Part shown: piece after piece, positions 13,339-24,770 of the stretch
How positions within the stretch are numbered: position 1 is the first letter of the stretch
Layout: each line of letters starts with the position of its first letter
DNA from: Octopus sinensis
Taxonomy: Eukaryota
NCBI RefSeq assembly: GCF_006345805.1
Contig: NC_043012.1
Location: 22,816,001 to 22,880,000, forward strand
DNA length: 64,000 bases
Direction: 5' to 3'
Notes under the pieces: model-generated
Told to the model about the DNA's origin: nothing
Databases searched by the model: none
What the model saw: the letters and a program-made list of their open reading frames with translations, nothing else
Program-made: the position numbers and the translations under genes

Positions 13339-13725
13339 GGAGGCGCAATGGCCCAGTGGTTAGGGCAGCGGACTCGCGGTCATAGGATCGCGGTTTCGAT
13401 TCCCAGACCAGGCGTTGTGAGTGTTTATTGAGCGAAAACACCTAAAAAAGCTCCACGAGGCTCCGGCAGGGGATGGTGGTGATCCCTGCTGTACTCTTTC
13501 ACCACAACTTTCTCTCACTCTTACTTCCTGTTTCTGTTGTACCTGTATTTCAAAGGGCCGGCCTTGTCACTCTCTGTGTCACGCTGAATATCCCCGAGAA
13601 CTACGTTAAGGGTACACGTGTCTGTGGAGTGTTCAGCCACTTACACGTTAATTTCACGAGCAGGCTGTTCCGTTGATTCGGATCAACCGGAACCCTCATC
13701 GTCGTAACCGACGGAGTGCTTCCAT
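13339..13725 (+). mobile_element. tRNA-derived SINE (resembles octopus OR-type SINEs)
   Basis: ggcgcaatggcccagtggttagggcagcggactcgcggtcataggatcgcggtttcgattcc has A and B boxes; 5' ~200 bp shared with 53093; CpG-rich and inserted in (TA)n. The family name is from recall. Confidence 0.85.
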
Positions 13726-13772
<47 letters not shown>

Positions 13773-14222
13773 GTACAGTAACTCACTGTAAACATTATTA
13801 TTAAGATTAAGATAAAAATTATCATCTCAAAAAGGCCATCTCTACTCATTCTTACAAGTATATGTGTTTATGTGTGTGTGTGCATGCGCGCGCACGTATT
13901 CTTTAATTCGTTTTGGCCATGTGGCTGGAGCATTGTATGTGTGTTGTTTTTCTACTTGTTCCTACTTATTTCCCATCACTGCTTGACAACTGGTCTCAAT
14001 TTGTTTACAACTCCTATGACTTAGCAGTGTGGCAAAAGGGGCTGATAGAATAAGTACCCAACTTTAAAAAGTCCCTTCACTGTGGGAGACTTCCAAGGGA
14101 TCTTCACAAACTTCACTTACTTTGAAGGAGATTAGAGTTTTGTACTTTGAAATTAATAAATGTCTCTCTTGAAAACATCTCTAAGCTTCTGGAATGTACC
14201 TTGTATATGCTCATATATTAGT

Positions 14223-14436
14223 TTCAAGTTCTGACACAAAGCCTGCAAGTTTGGGGTAGGGTGGAAGCAAGGTTACATTGACCCCTGTGCTCAATTGGTA
14301 CTTATTTTATCAATCCTGAAAGTATAAAAGGCAAAGTCAACCTTGGCTATATTTGAACTTGAGGCATGAATATGGACAAAATGCTGCTAAGCATTTTAAC
14401 CAGTATGCTAATGACTCTTTCCAGGTCACTGGCTTA
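14223..14436 (-). mobile_element. Older family B SINE
   Basis: aaaggcaaagtcaaccttggc..atttgaact..g and gctaagcatttt..ccag.atgctaatgactct colinear with 12725-12962. Confidence 0.75.
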
Positions 14437-15110
14437 ACACATGTGCATGTATTAACATCTTAGAATGTTGGACAGGATACATTGCAGTATTTGTTCCCAT
14501 TCTTTGTGTCCTGAGTTCAAATCCTACATTAGCTTACTTGGAATTCAAACTCAACCCTTTCCTACTTTAACATCACTACCCAGTCCTTGGATGTTTTTAG
14601 AGGTGGTTCCTGGTGCAGACACTCAAGCGAAGACTCTAGTTCAATGATAACTTCCCTCTGATCTTCCTATCAGTCTCAGAAGCATTGAAATATTGAAGAA
14701 CCAAGGTAAGAAGTTAATTTCTCAAATGTATGGTTTAAGGGCCAATCCCACATCATGGAACCAGGAGCAAGTGTCTTCTATTAACCCATAAAGTCCCAGA
14801 TACTTAAATTTCTGAAGATTACTTTTAAATTTTTACAGATGATTGAAAATAGGTTAAAGTGAAAAAAAATAATTATTAAAACTCATTTACTTCAAGTAGA
14901 AATGGAAATACTCTGTGTCCTATAAATAAGACACTGAGACAACATGATATAGCTTATTTAATGTTCTCTTTTAGTGTCCTATTTATAGGACAGTGGGACT
15001 TAATGGGTTAAAGCCTCTGTTTGATCAAAGTATTGAGTGTATTAGATTGATGAATACTGAAAGAAGCCTGTCGAATATATATGGATATATATATATATAT
15101 ATATATATAT

Positions 15111-15340
15111 ATTTCTTTACTACCCACAAGGGGCTAAACATAGAGGGGACAAACAAGGACAGACAAACGAATTAAGCCAATTTCATTGACCCCAGTGTGA
15201 AAGTGGTACTTTATTTATTGACCCCGATAGGATGAAAGGCAAAGTCAACCTCGGCGGAATTTGAACTCAGAATGTAACGACAGACGAAATACCGCAAAGC
15301 ATTTTGCCCAGCGTGCTAACGTTTCTGCCAGCTCACCTTA
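15111..15340 (-). mobile_element. Family B SINE inserted in (TA)n
   Basis: Colinear with 12725-12962 along its whole length. Confidence 0.9.
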
Positions 15341-15928
15341 TATATATATGTATGTGTGTGTGTGTGTGTATGATTGTTTGAAAGCCAGTAAGGGTTGGTT
15401 ACCAGCAGAGCATTTGTATGGAGAAAATCTGACTCAGTGAATTCCATCTAACCCATGCTGGCAAGGAAAAGTGGATGTTAAAATAATGAAGGTATAAATT
15501 CAGTGAAAAAATTGAGTCACTGGTATTTGGCTAAAAACTTCAGCCACTATTCAATATTAAACTTAAGTAAATGCAGTCATAAGCAAACATCCATAACTGT
15601 ATGTAAGTACCAATTAATTGGTACTATTTTCATTCACAGAGAATTAACGACATCAGTATAACCTTCTTGCTTTTAAGTAAACATGGGTAAGCTGAAAGCA
15701 TTTTCAAACCAACACAATTCTGTAAATAGAGTTTTGAAAAGGCTTTGGTTCTAAGATGAAGCTCCAAAGCTACAGACAAGAATTTATGAATGGATGTTCT
15801 CTGGTAGAAGAATGAGAATTTTGAAGTCATTGTTCTTATTTTCACACCAATTCTCTTTTATATAACTCAGGGTCGAATTTATACTGAATCGACTACAATG
15901 CATTCTCAAGCAGTTTTGTTACTATTGC

Positions 15929-16467
15929 ATGAGAATCTTTTTCTCAACTGAAATGAATAGCTTCACCTTGTTACCATTCCGTTAACCTTTCTCTCTTTTA
16001 CTAAGTTGATTTCTTGAATATTCCTCAGATATATTCCATTGCTGTAGATATGATAATTAATCAGCTATAGTGACATTTAATAAACTAGGGTCATTCTTAC
16101 ACAAAGATACTGGATACCAAGAAGAGGAGATAATCTCGATTTGGTGACACTTCATATAACTATAAATATTTCAGCAACTATCCAGCAACCTGATTCTCTG
16201 AACATTCTTGTCCACTGAGCAATGAAATATTTATAGTTATATGAAGTGTTACCAAATCGAGATTATCTCCTCTTCTTGGTATCCAGTATCTTTATGTAAG
16301 AATGACCCTAGTTTATTAAATGTCACTATAGCTGCTTAATTATCATATCTACAGCAATGGAATATATCTGAGGAATATTCAAGAAATCAACTTAGTAAAA
16401 GAGAGAAAGGTTAACGGAATGGTAACAAGGTGAAGCTATTCATTTCAGTTGAGAAAAAGATTCTCAT
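15929..16467. repeat. Long near-perfect inverted repeat (245-bp arms, 49-bp spacer)
   Basis: 15929-16173 is the reverse complement of 16223-16467, with 3 mismatches found by eye; a (TA)n-rich tract starts immediately at 16468. Confidence 0.95.
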
Positions 16468-16494
16468 ATGTATATATATGAATATATATATATG

Positions 16495-16535
<41 letters not shown>

Positions 16536-16557
16536 TATATATGAATATATATATATG

Positions 16558-16605
<48 letters not shown>

Positions 16606-16625
16606 CACATATACATATACACACA

Positions 16626-16840
16626 TGCCAGTGCCCCTTGACTGGCTCTTGTGCCGGTGGCAAGTAAAAAGCACCCACTACACTCTCAGAGGGATTGGTG
16701 TTAGGAAGGGCATCCAGCTGTAGAAACCTTGCCAGATCAGATTGGAGCCTGGTGCAGTCTTCCGACTTGCCAGTCCTCAGTCAAACTGTCCAACCCATGC
16801 CAACATGGAAAATGGACACTAAACGATGATGATGATGATA
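16626..16840 (+). mobile_element. Family D SINE 3' part with (GAT)n tail
   Basis: gtgccggtggcaagtaaaaagcacccactacactc...ttaggaagggcatccagctgtagaaac...catggaaaatggacactaaacgatgatgat. Confidence 0.9.
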
Positions 16841-19378
16841 ATCATGGTATGCATATATGCATGTGTATATGCATGCATGTATGTATAGACACACACACAC
16901 ACAATCTCAATACCGACACATGCATTAAAGTAAACAACTTGATGAAGACAACTGTTGATATAAAAATATAAATCTTTAGAACATCCTAACTTGATTTGTA
17001 CATACATTGAAGTTCAGCTATTTTTGAAGAGTGATTATTTCTGCTGCTGCTGCTGCTACTACTACTACTCTGATATTGAACAGAAATGTAAATTTTATAC
17101 TGGGCTGATCTAGATAGAGGTTGCACACTATAGATTACCATGTACAGAGAAGAGATGGGGTACCCCCACCAAAAAAGAGTAGATTCAAAACATGTTTTAT
17201 GGATGCTTAGCCAAAACTTTACCAAAGAATCAATTACAGATTAGCAACTGTTCCACCTGAAGAATGACAAGAGTTCTCTTCCAGTACTTCCTTTATTTGA
17301 TCAATAATGGTATATTATCGCTTATATTAAAAAGTAGCGAGGACTTTGCTGATGGAGGTTACTCCTTCCTCAAATTGCATCTGCTAAGATTTCCTTCATC
17401 TTCTGATTTCAAAATTTCTTTTTCCTTTCAAGTGGAGACATAATGTCTGATGAAATTGTAGTTGAATATCAGCAAGCCTCTCAGACTCAATCCAAAAGAA
17501 AGTTACTCACTTGATTTACAGATTCTTTAAAGAATTTGGCCCAGTATTTTCATGTCTCTTTCTTTCATTTGCTGTCTTTTTGTCTTCTGTCTTTTAATTG
17601 TTTCACTTATTAGACTGTGGCCATGCTGGGGCAATGCCTTGGAGAATGTTTGGTCAAGGAAATCAATTCAAGGACTTAGTTATTTTAAGCTTGGTACTTG
17701 TTCTATTGGTCACTTTTCCTGAACTGATAAGTTATGGGGACATAAACACACTAACACCAATTGGTCAAGCATTGGGGGCGGGGGAACAAACACAGACACA
17801 AAGACTCACACACTTAAATAGATTGATGCAAAAATTTAGTTTCAGGTGAATATGGTACTTAAGTTGAGGCACCAGAGTTTAGTACGGTATTATCCATACA
17901 ATTTCAAAATAAGGTGATTAAAATCAAAATAAGCAACAAGGATATCCAGAAGTAATGCAGTACGATCGTTTCAAGCAACTCCATTTAATTGAACAATGCA
18001 ATCATCACATCAATTTAAATGCAGAGCAATCCTTAGCTGCATAAAGATGATAGATAGATTGATGGATAGATAGAGACAGACAGGTAGATAGATACATACA
18101 TACATACACTGGACTTCTTTCAGTTTCCATCTACCAAATCCACTGACAAGACTTTGGTTGGCCTGAGGCTATAGTAGAAGACACTTGACCAATGTTTTAT
18201 GCAGTGAGACTGAACCTTGAAACCATGTGGTTGAGAAACAAGCTCTTACTGCACAGCAACACCTGTACCTATATTCATTTTTGCTAATGCAACAATTACA
18301 ATGTAGGTCTTTTGATGTTGCTAACTTCATGGTTAGAGAACTAGAAATTGGGGATAAAATATCAAAAGCCTTAAGGAATTCTACATGTACAAAGAATTGG
18401 ATGACCAGCAGGAGGAATAACAAAGAAATTCCAATGGGTTCCTAGGAATGAAGAAGTAATTATGCTATCATCCGTAATATCAATTAACAAAATAACATAA
18501 ATATAATTAACGAGAGTATCACAGCTTTTCATTGATAAACTCATGTTGACAGTTTGTCAATAGATGGAAAATGAGTCTATAGATCTGTATAATGAGTTAT
18601 TATGTTACTACATCATTGATAGATGGAAAGGACTATTTAGGAAGTAGAAAAACTGATGCTGTAAAAATGGAATTGCTACAAAGAACGTGTTAGCCTTTCT
18701 CTTAAATTATTTCTTATAAGTTTGGACATAAACAAATAGATGTATCAACAGAATGCTGTTATTTCAGTTTTATAAACTAACACAGTTTGTAGTTTCTGTT
18801 AGTGTATCTCTTGCATTTACACCTTCCATTACTGTCTCTCCCCTCTTCCATTTCTCCCTCTTCTTGCACTTTGTCATTCCAATAACTTTATTGCCTCCTT
18901 TATATTCATGCTTCTTTCTTCGCCTCGCCCTGATTAATCTTTTGTAGTTTCTTACTGTTTTTTTTTTATCCACTCTACTGGTTTTGTTGCCTGGAAATGA
19001 ACAGTGGCAAATTTAAGCAGTGAAGAACTTTTTGTGTTGTGTGAACAAAGCAAACTCTCTGGTGCTGGTGCCAGGATACAATGCACCTAGAACACTTTGA
19101 AAATAGCTGACAAGTGAGCAGGGAAAATATAGGCCCCAAAAGACCAAGTTATAAGAGCATTAATGACACACTTCAAAACCAACAAAAGCTGCAAGATGAA
19201 GGCCTTTCTTCAGGGAAAATATATGACACAGTGCAGCAAGCAGAGCTGTAAATGCAGGGATCCAACAGAAGAGAAATAGAAAAGCTCACCCAGAGATATG
19301 AACAAGGGAGAAAAGTCATTGATGGTTTGTGCTCCACAGGGAATTTGAAGGACTTAATCATGTAAGTAATTCAATGGA

Positions 19379-19880
19379 CCATCATCATCATCATTTAGCG
19401 TCCGCTTTCCATGCTAGCATGGGTTGGACAGTTCAACTGGGGTCTGGGAAGCCAGAAGGCTGCATCAGGCCCAGTCTGATCTGGCAATGTTTCTACGGCT
19501 GGATGCCCTTCCTAATGCCAACCATTCCGTGTGTAGTGGGTGCTTTTTACGTGCCAGATGGGGCTGGCAAACGGCCACAGTCGGATGGTGCTTTTTACGT
19601 GCCACCGGCATGGAGGCCAGGCGAGGCTGGCAACAGCCACGATCAGATGGTGCTTTTTACATGCCACCGGCACGGGGGCCAGGCGAGGCTGGCAATGGCC
19701 ACGATCGGATGGTGCTTTTTACATGCCGCCGGCACGGAGGCCCGTCGGGGCGGCGCTGGCAATGGCCACATTCGGATGGTTCGCTTATGTGCCACCGGCA
19801 CTGGTATCACAGCTACAATTTCCATTGATGTTGATCGATTTCGATTTTGATTCTCACTTGCCTCAACACGTCTTCACAAT
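19379..19880 (-). mobile_element. Family D SINE with about 4-5 internal ~62-bp tandem units
   Basis: (CAT)n then ttagcgtccgctttccatgctagcatggg; repeated cggatggtgctttttac.tgccaccggca. Confidence 0.9.
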
Positions 19881-19889
19881 ATGAATAAT

Positions 19890-20124
19890 TCGTATTTGAA
19901 TACATTTGAGACCTCCAAGTGGAATTGCAAGACAAGTGTTAGGCTGGCAACAAGAAGGAAAGAGGACAGTTGGACAATCTAAGAAGACATGGAAAGGATA
20001 CATGTAAGATGAAACAAAAGCAATCAGTCTCTCTTAGTCTGAAATGAAGGAGGTAGCCCAAAATGGCATCCTCCAGCATGAAATAGTCATGACCCTGTAC
20101 TCCTTATGGAGTAATGTGGATTAA
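19890..20124 (+). mobile_element. Decayed 3' end of an RTE-type LINE ORF
   Basis: Reads HLRPPSGIARQVLGWQQEGKRTVGQSKKTWKGYM*DETKAISLS*SEMKEVAQNGILQHEIVMTLYSLWSNVD*, matching the RTE C-terminal pattern (..W.P.GKR.RGRP..TW...E.AQ.R..W..LC); two in-frame stops. Confidence 0.7.
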
Positions 20125-21249
20125 TATATAAATATATAACAACATTATGTAACAACACAGCAGGGTATAAATACAAGTGTAGACCAGCAAAACTTAGGCG
20201 TGGACCACTGTGGTACTAACACTAAAAAAGATTGTCTCAGAAGAGATTGTGGAAGATGATTCTAGGCAGAGAGAGTTGAGAAAGATGAGAAGAACTGACT
20301 TTTAGTTGTGAAAGGGTGGTAGAGGAGAGCAAGTAACAGAAGGAATTTTGAAATAGTAACTTCACTGTTGGATGTTTTTCATAACACCAAACACTTTACC
20401 ATTTTGTAGGAACATTGTCTGAACCTTCAACTAGATTATTTGGAACTAGTGGCACATTCTCTCTCAAAGTACAATATGAATCCAAAGCAATTTCAATTTA
20501 CAATCTTATAACAGAGAAGTCTTACAAAGAAAATGTAATAATCTGTAAGAGAGGAAAATGATAAAAAGAAGCTGCCTCTTGTTGGGGAAGATTCAGTCCC
20601 AAAACATGATTAAATGAATACAAAAGAGGATGAATTGAATGTGAGGTTGTAGTTTGGTAAACAGAGGGAATGATTTGATTAGAAATTATGGAAGTATGAA
20701 TTCAGCACACATATCTGATTAAATATTAATTATAGCTTGCTCAACCATCCAAGAAAATGGTTAATTGGTTAAAACTTTATTTTCATCATTGCTACTGTAC
20801 TTAACATAGAATTTTAATAAAATTTCTACGAAATAAAATTTATTCTGCAAAAATAATAAAAGAAACTTCTACTGAAACTAATTGCTTCAACCATTATAAG
20901 GTTATTCAAAAATAACCTTGTAAATGAATGGTTCAACCTTATAGTGATGCAATAAAGGAATGCCACACTTACAAATTATTTGGTAGAAAATCAGAATTTT
21001 TTTTCAAGTTGGAATCATTTAGTCTAGAAAGGTGGTACTAAAATATACTAAAAAAGGGAAACTCATCTTTGACTGGAATCAAATTTTGTTAAATGGAATT
21101 GAAAATGAATTATGGCACAATTGATAATAATGACCACACTCATTAATATAATTATATTTATTCTTAATTTTTATGGATTTTAATTATCGACATAATTTTG
21201 AATATGATAATGGATAAAGGCAAAAGAGAGAAATATTTTTTAGTGTTTT

Positions 21250-21281
<32 letters not shown>

Positions 21282-22129
21282 CTCCCACACACACACATAC
21301 ATATATATGTACAGATAGAGAGAGAGAGAGAGAGAGATAAATAGATATTCAGAAAATGAGATAAATAGACAGATAGAACAATGGCTACATAGATAAAAAG
21401 AGAGCAAGATAGAGTAAGAAATAAGAAAGAATTGAGCTATGCTAACTTTTAGGAGTGTGTGTGTGTGTGTGTGCATGTGGGTGTGTGTGTGTGTGTGTGT
21501 GCATGTTTATGTATGTGTGTGTGATTACTTTACTAACAATAATTTTTAATTTCCAACATCTTTCTAATTTTTTTTTTTTTTGTTGTATCCAACAGAGTTG
21601 TTGAAGTATCTGATTTTTCTTGTTTTCTTTTTTTTTATCACAAGTCAAGATTTTTTTTTTTCCCCTCTTAAACCTCAAAAAAGGATCAACCCAAAGAAAA
21701 AAGAATCCTTGTCAGTCAGGCTCAAGTGGAACAAAACAAAAAAAACAAAAAAGGAAACCAAAAAAAAAAAAAAAAAAAAACAACCCACTGCTGTGACTGC
21801 TGCTTCTACAACAATTGTATGAATATAAAATAAAAAAGATATTCTTGACAACATTTTATGCTAATTCAACTTTGGCGTGATGATACTGTGAAGATCTTCA
21901 TTCTTTCAAGATATCTTTATAATATGTAACAATGTTCACATGTTATGTAGTTAAGTATTAAAATCCAACCAATATAAACTAGCATAAGAGACTTCAAAGG
22001 TTGTTCAAGTATTGATATAACTGCAATTGAGATCACATCACCTACACGCCTTCACATTCTTCATCTCCCATGATTTCCTATTTTATACAACACTCTCTCT
22101 CTATCTCTCTCTTTATATATATATACATA

Positions 22130-22182
<53 letters not shown>

Positions 22183-22363
22183 AGTATGTATGTATGTCAC
22201 ACTGGTTATTTCTTATGGTCTGTTGGTTGTTTTTGTCTTTCTTTTTATGAAATCTTTGATCAATAGGAATCCACATCATCTCCACGTGATTGGGGTAATT
22301 CTATAGGAAACCAATACATGTTAAGTTCTAACTCCCTAAAGGTAAGAACTTTCAGAACAGCAG

Positions 22364-22401
<38 letters not shown>

Positions 22402-22717
22402 ACTACTATGGAGAATGGAGAATATATAAACTTCAGCAGTGAATGAAAGAGAGGCTTCACAATAGATGAGTGGGTGGGTAAAGATAGAGAGGATGATGAC
22501 AGTATAGGTAATGTTGGTGTTGGTGGTGGTGGTGATGGTGGTGTAGGTGCTAATGGACGATGGGTAGGGATAGAAAGAAAGGAGAAAAGATGAGATATGA
22601 AATGGTCAATATTTTATGATTGCATGGATCAGCAAAAATTTTCAGGAGAAGAGAAAAATAATGTAATCTTTTAGTTTCAGATCTGAAGTAAACTATATAA
22701 TATATATAAAATATATA

Positions 22718-22773
<56 letters not shown>

Positions 22774-23782
22774 GTATATATATATATATGTATATGTATA
22801 TATATATATGTATATGTATATATATATGTATATGTATATATATATATATTATATATATATATATATATATAATATATATATATATATATTCATATATAAT
22901 ATATAATATCAAAAAAATATATATTATATAATATATATTTTGTTGTTATCCCTGTTTCCTGTCTATTGCTGCTGCTGTTGCTGCTACTACTACTACCACC
23001 ATCACCACTGCTGCTGCTCCTGCTGCCACCAGTGCAGCTGTCAAGACCACTTCCACCACTACTACTACCACCAAGACCACCATCACCTTCACCACTGTTG
23101 TTGCTGCTGCTGCCACTGATTATGATGATGATGATGATGATGATGATGAGCTAAGGTAGTTGAAAGTTTAGACAGCCAGTCCTGTTATGGCATCTATGTA
23201 ATGTGTTACATTGACGTTCTGACTCTCAAAATCCCACAAGAGTTAATTCTCTTAAGAATTTCTTTGTTGTTTTGTTTCTGCTCTTGCTTATCTCTAGGGC
23301 CATCACTCACTGAGCAAGGTTATCAGCAAAGATGCTCCAGGTATGACTATCCTATCTAAATCCAACAAAGGCCAACTCAACTTTATTAAGAAAAGAATTG
23401 TTGTTGATGTTACTATTGTTGTTTAGCAACAGGTCAGCCTTCATCTAACAGACCTATGATCAAAGGCATCCCATCCATGACTATCCCATCTGTTTGTATC
23501 TTTTATATTTTACTTGTGTCATTCATTGGACTTTGAGTACCTGGGTGCATAGCCTTGTAGAATTAGTGAAACAAGTCAACCCAAGAACATATTTTAAGTC
23601 TAGTAAATTCTCTAGTGTCATTCTCTTTTGCTGAACAGCAAAGTTATGGGGACAGACAACTCTGTTGACAAGTGGTGGAGGGACAAATATGCAGACATAA
23701 ATCCATACATATATATATGCATGCGTGTGTATGTACATCATTATCATCATCATCATCAGAAATACTGTTAAACGTTTTGCCC

Positions 23783-24177
23783 GGAAAGCTGATGATCCTA
23801 TTTCTTTACTACCCACAAGGGGCTAAACACAGAGGGGACAAACAAGGAAAGCTGATGATCCTATTTCTTTACTACCCACAAGGGGCTAAACACAGAGGGG
23901 ACAAACAAGGAAAGCTGATGATCCTATTTCTTTACTACCCACAAGGGGCTAAACACAGAGGGGACAAACAAGGAAAGCTGATGATCCTATTCTTTACTAC
24001 CACAAGGGGCTAAACACAGAGGGGACAAACAAGGAAAGCTGATGATCCTATTTCTTTACTACCCACAAGGGGCTAAACACAGAGGGGACAAACAAGGAAA
24101 GCTGATGATCCTATTTCTTTACTACCCACAAGGGGCTAAACACAGAGGGGACAAACAAGGAAGGCTGATGATCCTGC
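23783..24177. repeat. 63-bp minisatellite, 6 units: 46-bp family B SINE tail plus a 17-bp duplicated segment
   Basis: ggaaagctgatgatcct starts at 23783, 23846, 23909, 23972, 24033, 24096 and 24159 (last variant ggaaggctg); intervening atttctttactacccacaaggggctaaacacagaggggacaaacaa matches the tail at ~12726-12771. Confidence 0.95.
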
Positions 24178-24359
24178 CAGCTCGTTACCTTAATGACACA
24201 CATTATTGTAATTGTAATTACTTTTATCTACTGTAATTTAAACAGAATGTACCATTCTATAGTTGAGAGTTGCATGGCAGAGGAATGGCATTCAACTTTA
24301 AAATCCTGGCATAGAATGAAACAGATATTAATCACACAATGAATAAAAAATGATGTTAT

Positions 24360-24770
24360 AGGCATAGGTAAGAAGTTTGCTTCCCAACCACATGGTCCTG
24401 GGTTCAGTCCTAGTGTGTGGTACTTGGGTCAAGTGTCTTCTATTATAGCTCTAAGTAGTGGATTTGGTAGAAGAAAACTGAACGAAGCCCATGTGATTGT
24501 GTGTCTTTCCTTGCTGAGACATCGTGTGACAGTTGTAAATGATTGTCACTGTTATACAAGCAGTGTCATTCATTTCCAGTATTCCATGAGAGCATGTATG
24601 GGTATGGCAAAGGATTACCTTGCCTTGAAACAGGTGAGAATTGACACTAGGAGATGAGTTGGCTGTAAGAAAATCAGCCTCGATAAACTTCATATGACCC
24701 ACGCAAATATAGAAAAGAGGGTGTATAAAATGATGACGACGATGATGATGATGATGATGATTGAATATAA
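24360..24770 (+). mobile_element. Family C SINE
   Basis: ggtaagaagtttgcttcccaaccacatggtcctgggttcagtcc head; ccttgaaacaggtgagaattg core; (GAT)n tail. Confidence 0.75.

Noticed and set aside
13339-13415. tRNA gene (also 53093, 28104 and 12880-12960)
   Set aside because: A and B boxes are present but there is no proper acceptor stem, and each continues into a multi-copy SINE body.
18227-19365. Possible decayed coding or transposon segments (18270-18480, 19050-19365 with a GTAAGT donor)
   Set aside because: Interrupted frames, no recognisable motif and no polypyrimidine acceptor.
19329-19884. Overlapping 114-173 aa ORFs rich in C, H, R and W (also 31894-32351, 10825-11175 and 55806-56120)
   Set aside because: They lie within family D SINE copies and arise from GC-rich 63-bp (multiple of 3) internal repeats.
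21595-21640. Strong plus-strand acceptors here and at ~4467, ~25784, ~35762 and ~35858
   Set aside because: Followed by early stops, low-complexity sequence or no donor. They show that acceptor-like motifs arise often by chance here, which limits confidence in all exon candidates.
23672-24236. Repetitive ORF (LMILFLYYPQGAKHRGDKQGK)n
   Set aside because: Product of the 63-bp SINE-derived minisatellite; frame broken in one unit.
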